Assembly (NCBI RefSeq): GCF_009914755.1
Contig: NC_060926.1
Origin: the human T2T-CHM13v2.0 reference genome, Homo sapiens
Strand: one strand, 5' to 3'
DNA: 64,000 nt
Positions 25,066 to 42,011 of this stretch are shown here, piece by piece. The translations under genes were made by a program, and so were the position numbers. Under the pieces are notes generated by a model that did not search any database, was not told where the DNA came from, and saw only the letters and a list, made by a program, of their open reading frames with translations. Positions within the stretch are counted from its first letter, which is position 1. Each line of letters starts with the position of its first letter.

Positions 25066-25559
25066 ATGATCAAATTATAGGCATACCTGTTAATTTTGCT
25101 TTATTTAAAGCATACTGTAAAAAAACTGTATTTCCCTTTGTTAATTTCATTTACTCCTAAAAACACCTCCAATTGCTACTATAATGCTTTCTCTTGGTAC
25201 CTATCAAAACTTCCCTTTGGGGATAGAATTGGGAGAAGAAAGAAACAAAGCTTAAGCTTCTTCTAAAGATAAAGATGTTTGAGTAAAACATGAAACAAGA
25301 TAAAATTATGAATGATGGGATTCAGATTAAAATAATATAAAATGCATAAAAGAACATAAGGCTAGATGTTAAATTACTGACAACCTACTACAAGTCATAA
25401 GCAATTGCTAGAGATGGGCTGTGAATTTGAAATTAGATGTATTTTTCTTGTTTTTCTTCATAATGTGGACATTGATGGAATGCTAATAAACATTTTTGGT
25501 GATTCAGAGCCAAAGGACATTTAATATGTCAGCCTTTTATATTCTTTACCTTACTTGGG

Positions 25560-26456
25560 TGACATCAATTCACTTGTTTAAACTAAAAAACCTACGATTC
25601 CTTCTTAATTCCTCTCTTCCTCACTTCTCATATCCAATCCATAGCCAGTTTTCCTTTTGCTACCTCTAAAGTATGTCCTCTTCTTTCCCATGACTATGCC
25701 TCCTCTTCAACCTCTCATCCCTCTTGCCTTGGCTGAGGCCATAATTCTGGCTTGCACTTACGAATTTAAGACTCAATTCTGAGAAAATATATTTTCTATC
25801 CCCAGAGTAATTGATAAAATTAATAATAACCTGATCATGTTAAGCAATATCACATAAGGTTAAGAGTGGGGGCTTTGGAGGCTGACTTTCTGAATCTTAA
25901 CTCCTCCATTTACTAACCTTGTGAACTACAGTAAATTAAATAAACTCACTGTTGTTGCATTTTTCTCATCTCAAAATGAGTTAATATTCACTGCTAACTC
26001 ATAGAGTTGGTATGAATATTTAATAAGTAAGTTCAATTAAAGTGCTTAGAAGACTATCTGGCACAAAGTAAGAAGACCATAAGCATTAGCTCTCATTATT
26101 ATCTATTGTCAGACATAACAAACTGAAATCCTATAATAACTACTTAACATATTTTACAAGATCTTCCATAATCTAGAGCCTCTCTTTTCTCTCTAGTTTT
26201 AGCTCTGCCACCCTCTACCTATTACAATTTACTCCAGCAAATAAATACATTACAGCTTTCTGTGTATGGCAAGTTGTTTTAAGATATCCCTTTGCTTATA
26301 TTCTATCTCTTCCACTACAATCTCTTATATGCATGTTTTCATATGTCTGTGTTTTTGGTAGATAAACTTGAGGGTAGGTACATGTGTGACTCTTCCTATG
26401 TATTATAATTATTTACATATATTACACACTTATTAATGGCTTAATTGAATAAATGA
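25560..26456 (+). mobile_element. L2 fragments split by a MIR
   Basis: Pyrimidine-rich CCTCTCTTCCTCACTTCTCATATCCAATCCAT...; ends TTGAATAAATGA, like the L2 tail. Confidence 0.5.
25845..26102 (+). mobile_element. MIR SINE
   Basis: GGTTAAGAGTGGGGGCTTTGGAG...AAAGTGCTTAGAAGACTATCTGGCACAAAGTAAG. Confidence 0.8.
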
Positions 26457-26774
26457 TTTTTAAAATTCTAGATTACAAAAAAAGGCAAATCAAGCAAACA
26501 AAACAACTACTTAGTAGCTAAATACAGGGTATAAAAGGATTTCTAAAATTACATCCAGAAGATAAATCATAAACCCATTACTAAAAAAAATTAATCTATG
26601 AAACATTTGAATTTTGCAAAAATTGAGTTTGTAAACAAGATAAAGAGCAAATGCGTCATTTGGATTATCAGGAAAATGAGAATAATTTTCCAAATGTATG
26701 CTAAAAGTAGCTTTCTAAAATGAAGGATCTGTTTGTTCTCTGATCTCATAATCAGGTAACCAAGGAGTTCTAGC

Positions 26775-27030
26775 TACATAGCACAGTGATGAAGAGTATA
26801 GGTTGTAGAGCCACATAGCAGGGGTTTGAATCCTGGATATAGTGTTCCTTAGATGTATGACCTTAGACAAATTACCTAAAGACTCTGTACTACAATTTCT
26901 TCACCTGGAAAACTGGGATAATAATAATAGCTACTTCTTATAGAAGTTATAATGATTTAATGAATTAAAATTCCTAAAGCACTTAGAAGATTATTTGACA
27001 TGCATGAAGCATGTATATAAATGTTTAGTA
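26775..27030 (+). mobile_element. MIR SINE
   Basis: GGTTTGAATCCTGG B-box, ATGACCTTAGACAAATTAC, GGGATAATAATAATAGCTAC. Confidence 0.82.
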
Positions 27031-27116
27031 AAATAGAATATTTTGGGATCTCAATCATTGGGATCTTATATTAATATAAATGTTTACTTACAAATTAATA
27101 CATTGGCTCTTTTGCA

Positions 27117-27942
<826 letters not shown>

Positions 27943-29467
27943 ACAGAATACAATAAAGCTCTTCTATTTTAACCTTCTAATTTTGTAATATTCAGTCCAT
28001 CAGGACTGAGTCTAATTCAGACAGGTTAGAGCAGGCATAGACAATATTTTGCAAGTAAGATCTGTTCTTTTCCTATTTGTGTGAGGAAACTAGGGACCAA
28101 ACTGCTGTTGCTCAAAACCATGACTACTGCCCTACCGGTGACATGATGGCCACAAAGGTGAGTAAAAAAGTAAAATTTCCTACCGGGGGAAAAAATAGCT
28201 CTTTTTTTTCTATGATGTTATTCAAATTGGCGAATCTCAAATTTCTTGGAGCATGATATTGAGCTTAATTATTAACAAAGTAAGTATGATTTAACCATTT
28301 CTAATGCCTCAGACTTTACCTCTTTTTACGTGAAAATATTTGGGATCCTTTTGCCACTTTTATTGAAATTATGTGAGAAAGAGTAGAGTGAGCAGCTTTG
28401 ATTTCTCTCCAAATTTTATTGCTTGCCTAATGGGGCCCATTTAGGAAACATTAATATGAAGTTACAAGCTAACTCAACTTGTCCCATTAACAAATTAATC
28501 AAGTACTAAAAAAGGCTTATAAAATAATTCTGTAATAATAAATAATGTGGTGAAACAATTTTTCCTAAAAAGCTGCCAGTCCTTTCACATTCAAGTCACT
28601 AAGAATTTAGGGGCAAAAACTGATAATAAAAATTAACATTTCTGCTCCATATGCACAAATCAGAACCTGCCAGATGTGAAATCTTATGACTTGATGAAAT
28701 TGAGCCGCTTCTCTCCCTTAAAATCAATCCAGATTCTGACCTGTATGTTCTTTTCTGCTGTTTTAAACATTTTTGGGTGAAGAATTTCATAGCCCATTCC
28801 CAGGTGTCTTCTACTTCCTGCACTGCATTTGAGTTCTGAATTAGATATCGTATTTATGAAAGACATTGAGTTGAAAGGGGTCAATCAGAATTCCTTATTG
28901 TGGAAGAATTATGAGCTAGAGTCAATGCTAAGTTATCCACCTCTGACATTTTGGGAGATTGCTCTTATATCACACCTGAGAAAAGGGGCTGTAAACTGCA
29001 TTTTACCAAGCTCCTTGCATTACCTCATAAGAACCATCAGATTAAGATTCAATAAAGAAGGCTTCTAAAAGACGACATAAAGTTTGTCTGTGATAAATGT
29101 GTTCATGTGTAGCTTTAGCTATTTCCTATTGGAAAAGTCAATGAAATTTCAGTTTTTATCTAACTGTTGGATTTTATCTATCTCTAGGGAGATAGATAAA
29201 AATGCATGTAATGCATTTTGATCAAATGAATTCACCATTAAGTAGACCAAGTCTTGCTTAGGATCCTAGAAATTCTCAGCCAAGTATGCGTAGAAGTGTC
29301 ATAATCAGTTGACAAGCCTGGATAGGACCTCTTCCTCATCATCTTTCCCTGGTAACAAGACCTCTACATGGACCCTTCTGCTCTGTGAAAAGGGAACCTT
29401 TACAAATGGCATTTAGCAAATATCAAGTATTATTTTATTATCCATTTTGAATAGGAAATTCTATAAG

Positions 29468-29700
29468 TATATATGTGTGTGTGTGTGTGTGTGTATATAC
29501 ACATACATATATATATACACACACATATATATACTTACAGAATTTATAATATATATCTGCTATATATATACAAATATATATACTATATATAGTATATATA
29601 ATACTTTTTTATACAAAAATGTGTGTATATATATACATACATATGTATATATATGTGTATATATATGTGTATTGTATATACACACACACACAGACACACA
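29468..29700. repeat. Compound (TG)/(TA)/(CA) microsatellite
   Basis: Directly visible dinucleotide repeats. Confidence 0.9.
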
Positions 29701-30301
29701 TTTTTGGTGTTTTTAACAGATTCAGCATTGAAGTAACATTCATGAAATGTTGTTTCTTTAATAATATTTTAACCCAAATGTGAAAAAGGTATAACAGTTG
29801 CATTACAGAATGAATGAAGAAATACAGTATTTCATGAATGTTATAGGAGTGAATGAATGGGTATTCAAAAATGAGAATACTTGATGCCTGTAAACCCAGG
29901 GAACGCCATAAGAATTAGCTACAATATAAACTGCATTGGAAAGAGAGGTTAAGGTTTAGTTCAATCTCAAGATGAGGGAAGAGCTTGCAGGTTAAGGAAT
30001 GACATGGTATGAAGATAAGAATGTGCATGGTGTTTTTCATAAATCAATGAAATGAGCAGTTCCTTTGGAGTAGATGTTTGACAGATGAAATAAACTAATA
30101 TAATATTGAAGGTAGGTAGAAACCTATTACATAGAGTTTTTCCCATAGAAGAATCCATGTTACTTTTTACTTAGAACCATGATTAGATTAACATAAAATG
30201 TAGGCGTTAACATAAGCTGGAATTATCACTTGCAAAGAAAAGGGACCCAAAATATTATGAATTTACTTAGGTAAATGAATCCATCTAAATGAGTAGGGAT
30301 C

Positions 30302-30351
30302 TGTGTGTGTGTGTGTGTGAGTGCATGCGTGCATGTGTCTGTGTGTGTGTG
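30302..30351. repeat. (TG)n microsatellite, interrupted
   Basis: Two TG runs around GAGTGCATGCGTGCAT. Confidence 0.85.
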
Positions 30352-31024
30352 TCTTTAAAGTTTTACTGCACCTTTATAACTTTAAAATATTATTGGGACT
30401 AGGTTATTCTTAACACTTAGCAAAGTTGCAAAAGCAGCATAAAATAATTTTCTTTAGATGAAATATTAACGTTTCCTTTTTTTGAAGGTTAAGTTTCAAA
30501 TCCCCTGGGGTTTATACAAAATTGGAAGTGAACTTACAGAATAAAGTTCATGCTCAGGTTGTTGCTTCAAGAAAAGAGCACCATCCAGTAATAAGTAATA
30601 AGCTCACATAACAAATGACCATCCAATGTTATTAATTTTACAGTTTGGAGTAATGAGAGGAAATACCTCAGAACCTCACTCTAAGTTGTATGGACAATGA
30701 ATTACCATATAATAAGTTCTGCTTTTCCAGTGTAAAGGGCTGCTTTCAAGCCAAGCTTTCTTCAGCTTTCAAGGAACTGCAAAACTGCTTGGACTCTAAG
30801 GTATTTATTATAGTCAGATAATGGAATGCAGCTGGTGCCCATACCCAGCCTGCTGGCACACAACAAATAACATCCATCATCTTCATGCTTGTATTTTAAG
30901 AAGGTAGTGCCTCAAGAAGGAGTTGCTCACCTGGAATGAAATACACACCATATTCAGGTGTCACTAAATTCTGCTGAAGGTCTCCATGGATGGATCAAGA
31001 GTGAAGGACAGCCTGAGCAATTAG

Positions 31025-33248
31025 ACACCAAAAAAAAGAAATAAAAAGAATTCAAATTTGATAGAAAGAAGTGAAACTATCTCTATTTTACAGATAACAT
31101 AGTCTTTCAAATAGGAAACCCTACAGATCCACCAAAAATTTATTTGAACTTATAAATGAATTCAGCAAAGATGTAGGATACAAGGTTAATATACAAAGGC
31201 CAATTGTGTTCCTATACATTTACAGTGAAAAACGAGAAAATGGAATTAATAAAACAATTATATTTACCATGTTATTAAGAATAATAAAATATTTAGGAAT
31301 AAATTTAACACAAAAGTGCAAAAATTATATTCTGAAAGCTACAGAACTTAAGAAGAACTAAATAAATAGGAAACGGTTCATAATTATGGAGAAGAAAACT
31401 TAATATTGTTAAGATGGCAATAGAATCCAAATTCATCTACAGAGTCAATGCAATCTCTATCAGAATTCTGCCTGACTTCTTTTAGAAATGGTCAAAGTGA
31501 TCCTGAAATATGTATGTAATTACAAGGAACTCAGAATAGATTCAATAATCTTGAAGGGAAAAAAAATAGTGGATTTATACTTCCGAATTTCAAAACTCAC
31601 TACAACGGAAAGGTAATTGAGACAGTATGATAGTAATATTAGAATAAATACATAGGTCAATAAGAATTGGAGAGTCTATAAAGAGATCTATGTGTCCATT
31701 ACCAACAGATTTTTGATAAAGTTGCAAAAACCATTCAGGAAGGAAATAATCATATTTTCAACAAATGGTACTAAGAAAAGTAGATATCCACAAAATAAAA
31801 AATAAAGTTTGCACCTATCTCACAACCTATGAAAATTATAACTCAAAATGGATAAAAAATCTAAATGGAACGGCTAAAAATATAAAATGCTTACAAGACA
31901 AGTCAGAATAAATCTTCATCACCTTGGAATTGGTAATGAATTCTTAAATATAACACCAAAAGTAGGAGCAACAAAGAAAAAATCTAAATAATTTTTTTTT
32001 TGTTTTTTTTTTTTTTTAGACAGAGTTCTGCTCTGTCACCCAGGCTGGAGTGCAGTAGCTCGATCTCAGCTCACTGAAATCTCTGCCTCCCGGGTTCCAG
32101 CGATTGTCCTGCCTCAGCCTCCCAAATAGCTGAGATTACAGGTGCCCACCACCATGCCTGGCACCTGTTTATTTTATTAAAATAAAATTTTAAGAGCATT
32201 CTTCACAGGACACTACCAGAAAATAAAAATACACCTCAGGAGATAGGAGAAAATATCTGCAAATCATACATCATACACCTAATAAGGGACTTATATCCAG
32301 AAAATACAAAGAACTCTTACAACTCAATAATACAAGGAAAATAATTCAATTAAAAAACTGACAATGGATATGAATAGACGTTTCTCAAAGGAAAGCATAT
32401 AACTGGCCAATTAGTACATAAATAAATGTTCACATCATTATTCATCCAGGAAATACTAATCAAAAGTACTAAGAAATACAACTTCATACCCACTAGAATA
32501 GCAAAAGCAAAATGAAACAAAACAAAACAAAATACCACCACCACCACCACCAACAACAACAAATAGAGAATAATGAACATTGATGAGTATATAGAAAAAT
32601 TGGAACCTTCAAACACTATTGGTGGGAATATCAGTGTGACCAGTTTGAAAAGCAGTCTGGCAGTACATGAAGTTATTAAACATAGCATTATCATATGACC
32701 CAGGATTCCTACTCCTAGTTATGTAAACAAGAAAAATGAAAACCTATGTTCACATAAATTTTACATAAATATTTATAGTGCTACTATGTATAATATTCAA
32801 AAGGAGGAAATATGGCAAATGTCCATCAAGTGATGAATAAATAAAGTGTGGTATATCCATCCAATGGAATATTATCCAGCAATAAAAAGAAATGAGTACT
32901 GATACATCTCACCACATGGATGAACCTTGAAGCAATATGCTTAGTGAAAAAGCTGGTCAAAAAAGGTCACATATTGTAAGAATCCATTTATATTAAACGT
33001 CCAAATGGGAGAAGCTATGGAGACGGAAAGTAGATTAATGGTTTCTTAAGGCTCTGTTGGGTGGGCGACTAGGGGGATGGTAGCTAAAGGGTAGAGGGTT
33101 TGTTTCTGAGGCACAGAAATGTTCTAAAATTTCTAAAAGTGGTGAGGATTGCACTTATATGTGAATGTACTAAAAACTACTGAATTGTACAGTAGGTGAA
33201 TTTTATGGTATGTATGTGTAACATGTGGATTTGATTTTAATAAAACTT
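31025..33248 (+). mobile_element. L1MB-like ORF2 3' half and 3' UTR
   Basis: ATAAATGAATTCAGCAAAG...GATACAAG, TTTTCAACAAATGGT, and a 3' UTR TAGCTAAAGGGTAGAGGGTTT...GAATTGTAC...AATAAA. Confidence 0.87.
31992..32162 (-). mobile_element. Alu right monomer (5'-truncated AluS-like)
   Basis: Poly(T), then AGACAGAGTTCTGCTCTGTCACCCAGGCTGGAGTGCAG...CCACCATGCCTGGC. The left arm is absent. Confidence 0.92.
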
Positions 33249-35032
33249 TAGGATGCTTTGACATTTAATTTTGCCGATCTGGCTTTCTGAGATTTCCTCT
33301 TGCACAATAAAGCCCAATTCTTAAACCATACCTTGTAAGGTTGTGGAATCCATTTTGACCACTTGCAGAGGAGATGATGTCCCAGAAGGCATTTACCTGA
33401 CACAACACATAGTTAGATTATTTGGAGTCTTTAAAATTTGACCCCAAACACATTTTTTTTAATGCTGAAGTTACAACTTATGCACTTCTAACCAATATTA
33501 TCAATGGTCTTTCAAAATAGCAAAAAAGACACACAAATATATCTTTTTCTGCCTAAACCATTTATTTCTTACAAAGAAATACATTATTTGATTAAAAGCA
33601 AATGCACAAACACAAAATCACAAATGGAAACAGAGAGGAACCTCTTGCACAAGAGAGAATCAATACATATATGAAAGATTTGTTAAAAGATGGAAGACAC
33701 TTAGCATATGACTCAGAGCAAATAAATGGCCGCCTTTATATACCTGTGTGGTATATCTTTGATGGTGATGGTGTCTGCTTCCTGCAAAACCCTCACAAGC
33801 CTCTGGGCTTTAGGAAGTCTGGAAAGATGAATGGAATATCCAATAAAGAAATGTCTAAAAGTGTAGATATTAGTTTAATCATTCTATATGGAAGAGTAAA
33901 CATTATGCCCTTTATCCACCTCCATCCACAAAACCCAACATCCAGATGTTAAACCCTACACAAATACAACAAAAGTTTATTCTTTAAAAATGCGTAAAGC
34001 TGAAGCATACCGGGGCAGCTAGTGGTTGTTAGCATCCAAGAGCTGTGTCTTCCATCCTGCGTGGCTGAAGGGAAGCTTACTGATTGGCTCCCTAAAGGTT
34101 CATTCAAGAAAGGAATTTATTAATTGACAAGAACATAGAACTCTCCCTCCGCATTTCAATTTTTCTAGTCTTGAATGTGAACAGAAATTTAAGAATTATC
34201 AGGCATTTGATAAAGCATGCAGCATGAGAGACAGAAGGGGAGAGAAACAAAGAGAAAATCTTGTCTGGAAGAAACAGAGGTTTGCCAAGAAGAGAAATTA
34301 CTAGCAAAATAACAGGAAATTATGCTTATTATAAATCTTATATATTAGTATGAAAAAGTCCTTATGTTTCTACTATTTATTATTTTAGTTATTGGGTGTA
34401 ATAAAAACACTCTTTGCCTATTTTAAACACAAACACGCATGCCCACAAACACATTTTTTTGTTACTTCCTGCAATCATCTTAGCTCAAGGCCAGTATGGA
34501 ACTACATAAACCTAGCTAGCTTGGGATATGTGATTGTGTATTCTTTCCTCTCTCACTGAAAATAACATACTAATTATCTTACCAAAGACTACTGAATTAC
34601 CTAGGATTATTGGAGCACTTCTATTTTCTTCCAGAAACATTCAGCATTTGAAAATTTAATTCACACTGCATATTTTACATGCTAACATAGTTAATCTGAT
34701 ATTGTTTCAATGTTTTGCACGTATTTTATTCTCTCAGTAACCCAATGACATATATTCAATGCTCCATGCAGATACGGCAACCAAAGTAGAGTAATGTGAC
34801 CATAGTCAGAGCCAGATTCTGATCCCTGATATACTGGTGCCAGAGAGCTTGGTCTCTAGTTGCTTTAATGACCTGCCTCTAATGTAGAACCCAATACATG
34901 TTAAGGAGTTGACTCAAGATCCTTAGATAATGTGCATTGTTGTCTTTTACCAGAATGCCTAAATAACTCAGCATCAGAACTATATTCAATTTCTAGGTTA
35001 TGAATACATATTATTGTTCCTAGGTGCAACTA

Positions 35033-35418
35033 TGAAATGGTTTGTATGTGTGTGCCTGCCCGAATCTCATGTTGAATTATAATCTTTGATGTTGGAGGTG
35101 GAGCCTGGTGAGAGGTTATTTATTCATGGGGGTGGTTTCTAATGACTGAGCACCATCCTCCTAGTGCTGTCTCATGATAGAGTTCTCAAAAGATCTGGTT
35201 GTTTAAAAGAATGTGGCACCTTCCTCCTCACCCCCTTCCTCCTGCTCTGACCATGTAAGACATGCCTGCTTCTTTTTCAGCCATGATTGAAAGTTTCCTG
35301 AGTCCTCCCCAGAAGCCACTATGCTCCCATATAGCCTGTAGAATGAGAGCCAATTAAACCTCTTTCCTTTATAAATTACACACTATCAGGTATTTCTTTA
35401 TAGCAATGTGAGAATGGG
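35033..35418 (+). mobile_element. MaLR solo LTR, MSTA/MSTB-like
   Basis: TGAAATGGTTTG...AATCTCATGTTGAATT...GAGCCAATTAAACCTCTTTCCTTTATAAATTAC. The terminal few bases are missing. Confidence 0.9.
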
Positions 35419-35509
35419 CCCTCTAGCAATGTTACATGTTAGTGTTTATTTTTTTCTGAATAATTTTCTATAGGGAACATTTAATGACCTATGTAGTTTT
35501 GCTTTGTAA

Positions 35510-35790
35510 GGCAATAGAGCAAAGTATTGTGATAACAGTCTCCAGAGTATATTAGCTTAGTTCATAACCTGTAATCATTTAGTGCAAACTGTTTCATCAT
35601 GGGAAAAATCACCTAAATTTTTTTGTAAATTAGTTAAGTCAAGTGAAGAAATGTCATTCAAATTTTAGCCCATTCATGAACTTAGTTGGCAATTAAATTA
35701 TATCATTCATATAAAGCCATGAGAAAAATGTCTGGCACATGATAAGCCTTAATTAAATATTAACTATGTGTCCTACTATTTTTGTTGTTG
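35510..35790 (+). mobile_element. MIR SINE (degenerate)
   Basis: 3' part AATGTCTGGCACATGATAAGCCTTAATTAAATATTAACTA. Confidence 0.5.
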
Positions 35791-36167
35791 TAATTCCAAG
35801 AAATACACTTCTATGTTACTTTGGGAAAAGCCATATAAACAATTTGGATTTCAAGGATTGAGTGCTGGGGATGAGCCAGTTTGAATATCTGTTAGGCAAT
35901 CTGAATATATCTAACAGCAAAGACACACATAGCAGGTTTGCCTGGCTGACATCACAGTCATGACTCCTATATACTGTTTTATTCCACGTGGCTAGGGGAG
36001 ATGGGTTGTTCTTATCTTCCTTGGTTGTTGGACATCACAACTAGATTCCCTGGCCCACATGATTCACTATGAATTATGGTTTCTTGTTGCAGTGTACAAT
36101 TAGCCAGGAAACATTCACTTAATGTCACCTCAATTGAGAAAGAGCATGGGAAGACTGCCTTGTGTTC

Positions 36168-37910
36168 TATTTTTTAAATTAAAATTTTTATTTTGACTTA
36201 CATGAAGTTAAAATAAATAATACAAAGAGAAACTTTGTACCCCTTACTGAGTTTCCCCAAATGGTAACATCTTACAAAACTATAGTACAGTACTACAACC
36301 TGGATATCAATATTAATACAATTTAGATACTGAATAGTTCCTCACCACAAAAATCCCTAGTACAGCTGCACCCATTACTCGCCCTGTCATTGATCCAGGG
36401 CAATGATAACCTGTTCACCACTTAGGTATTCTTCTCAATTAATGAATTATGTACACATGAAATCATACAGTACTTGATCTTTCAGGATCGATTTTTTTTA
36501 CTCAGAATAATCATAAATGTTATCAGGTATATTGTTTGTTTCTTTTGTTGTGGAGCAATGGTATGGATGTACCACAGTTTGTTTAACCATTCATCCATTG
36601 AAAGACATCTGAGCAGTTTCCAAGTTTGGCTATTATGAACCAAATTGTATGAATATTCATGTAGAAATGTTTGTGTACAAAACTATTTTTTTTCTGCTGA
36701 AATATACACCAAAGAGTAAAATTGGTGGGTCATATGGTAGCTGCATGTTTTGGTAATTGAAGCAGTTGACAAGTTGTCTTAGCCACAGCCACCAACAATA
36801 AAAGAGATCCTGTTGTTCCAGATCCCTTCCAACATTTGGCATTGTCATTTTTTTTTTTAAGTGTAACCACCTTATTAGGTGGGTAGTGGTATCTCATTAT
36901 TGTTTTAAATTATAATTTTCCAATGATACATGATGCTAAGCGTCTTTTCATATGCCAATTTGCCAATGGTATATTTTTAGTGTGAAACTTATTCAGATCT
37001 TTTGCTTATTTAAACAAATTTAGTTGTTAATTTTCTTATTGTGAAGATTTAAGAGTTATTTGTATATTTTTGGTAATAGTGCTTTATTATGTAGATGTTT
37101 TAACATATTTTCTTTAGTCTTTGATTATTTTCATTCTCTTCAGTTGCTTTCACAAAACTACTTTAATTATAATAAATCCAACTTGTTGTTTTTTTATAGA
37201 TTGTGCTTTCAGCATTGCCTAAAAACTCATCATCAAAATAAAAAATAAGATTTTCATTTATGTTACACTATAGATGTTTTATCATTTTGAATTTTAATTT
37301 AGGTCAATAATTCATTATGCATTAATTTTGTGAAAGATGTAAAGTTTATATCTGGATTCATTTTTTTTCATTGTTGATGCCAGTTGTTCCAGCATCATTT
37401 GTAGAAAAGTTTACTCTTTCTATATTTAATTGCCTCGGCTCCTTTGTCAAATACCAGTTGATTGTCATTATGCAACTGTAGTTGATTATTTCTGGGCTCT
37501 CCATTTTGCTTCATTGATTACTTGTCTTTTATTTTGCCTTGATAATTGTAGGTTTTTAGTAAGTCTCGAAGCTGAATAATGACTCTTCTTTTCCTGTTTT
37601 TCTCTTTTTCCTCCATTTTCTTGTTTTTTAGTATTATGTTGGTTATTCTGTGTCTTTTGCCTTTTCACATAAACCTTAGCAACACTTTGCTCATATATTC
37701 AAAATAAATTGCAATAAATTTATCTGAGATTGCAATAAATCTATAGAAAAAAATCAGAAAGAATGACATCTTAACAGTATTGATTCTGCCTATCAATGTA
37801 CATGAAATATCTTTCCATTTATTTAGAGGCTCTTTGATTTTTAATCATTTGTAGTTTTCCTTAAATAAATTTTAGACATATTTTATTTGATTTAAGTATT
37901 TATCTCTTTT
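36168..37910 (-). mobile_element. L1MC/L1MD-like 3' UTR and ORF2 3' part
   Basis: GTTTCCCCAAATGGTAACATCTTACAAAACTATAGTACA, TTTAACCATTCATCCATTGAAAGACAT, CAGTTGTTCCAGCATCATTTG. Confidence 0.85.
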
Positions 37911-37924
37911 TAGTTGCCCTATAG

Positions 37925-40415
<2,491 letters not shown>

Positions 40416-40435
40416 ACACCACATATACACACACA

Positions 40436-40456
<21 letters not shown>

Positions 40457-40466
<10 letters not shown>

Positions 40467-42011
40467 AATTATATATTATACAGATATAATATTATATATA
40501 TAAATTATATATTATACATATGTAATATTATATATATAAATTATATATTATACATATGTAATATTATATATATATAAATTATATATTATACATATGTAAT
40601 ATTATATATATAAATTATATATTATACATATGTATTATATATATAAATTATATATTATACATATGTATTATATATATAAATTATATATTATACATATATA
40701 ATATATATATAAATTATATATTATACATATATAATATATATATAAATTATATATTATACATATATAATATATATATAAATTATATATTATACATATATAA
40801 TATATATATAAATTATATATTATACATATATAATATATATAAATTATATATTATACATATATAATATATATATAAATTATATATTATACATATATAATAT
40901 ATATATAAATTATATATTATACATATATAATATATATATAAATTATATATTATACATATATAATATATATATAAATTATATATTATACATATATAATATA
41001 TATATAAATTATATATTATACATATATAATATATATATAAATTATATATTATACATATATAATATATATATAAATTATATATTATACATATATAATATAT
41101 ATATAAATTATATATTATACATATATAATATATATATATTATATATTATACATATAATATATATATAAATTATATATTATACATATATTATATATATAAA
41201 TTATATATTATACATATATAATATATATATAAATTATATATTATACATATATAATATATATATAAATTATATATTATACATATATAATATATATATAATA
41301 TATTATACATATATAATATATATATAATATATTATACATATATAATATATATATAATATATTATACATATATAATATATATATAATATATTATACATATA
41401 TAATATATATATAATATATTATACATATATAATATATATATAATATATTATACATATATAATATATATATAATATATTATACATATATAATATATATATT
41501 ATATATTATACATATATAATATATATATTATATATTATACATATATAATATATATATAAATTATATATTATACATATATAATATATATATAAATTATATA
41601 TTATACATATATAATATATATATAAATTATATATTATACATATATAATATATATATAAATTATATATTATACATATATAATATATATATAAATTATATAT
41701 TATACATATATAATATATATATAAATTATATATTATACATATATAATATATATATAAATTATATATTATACATATATAATATATATAAATTATATATTAT
41801 ACATATATAATATATATATAAATTATATATTATACATATATAATATATATAAATTATATATTATACATATATAATATATATAAATTATATATTATACATA
41901 TATAATATATATAAATTATATATTATACATATATAATATATATAAATTATATATTATACATATATAATATATATAAATTATATATTATACATATATAATA
42001 TTATATATATA
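40457..42011. repeat. AT-rich minisatellite, 29-33 bp units, ~48 copies
   Basis: Main unit TATATATATAAATTATATATTATACATATATAA, preceded by (CA)n(CT)n. Confidence 0.97.

Larger units (their letters stand above)
22925..25125 (+). mobile_element. Old L1ME-like ORF2 3' part and 3' UTR, interrupted by Tigger2a and FRAM
   Basis: CTACAGTAATCAACACAGT, TTCAACAAATGGTGCTG and AGTGAAAGAAGCCAGACCCAAAAAAGTACATACTG motifs, highly diverged. Confidence 0.75.

Noticed and set aside
24873-25160. Highly charged E/R/K ORFs
   Set aside because: Translation of the (GA)/(GGAA) simple repeat.
40457-42011. CRISPR-like array of ~33-bp repeats
   Set aside because: Units are head-to-tail with no unique spacers, there are no cas genes, and the context is eukaryotic.
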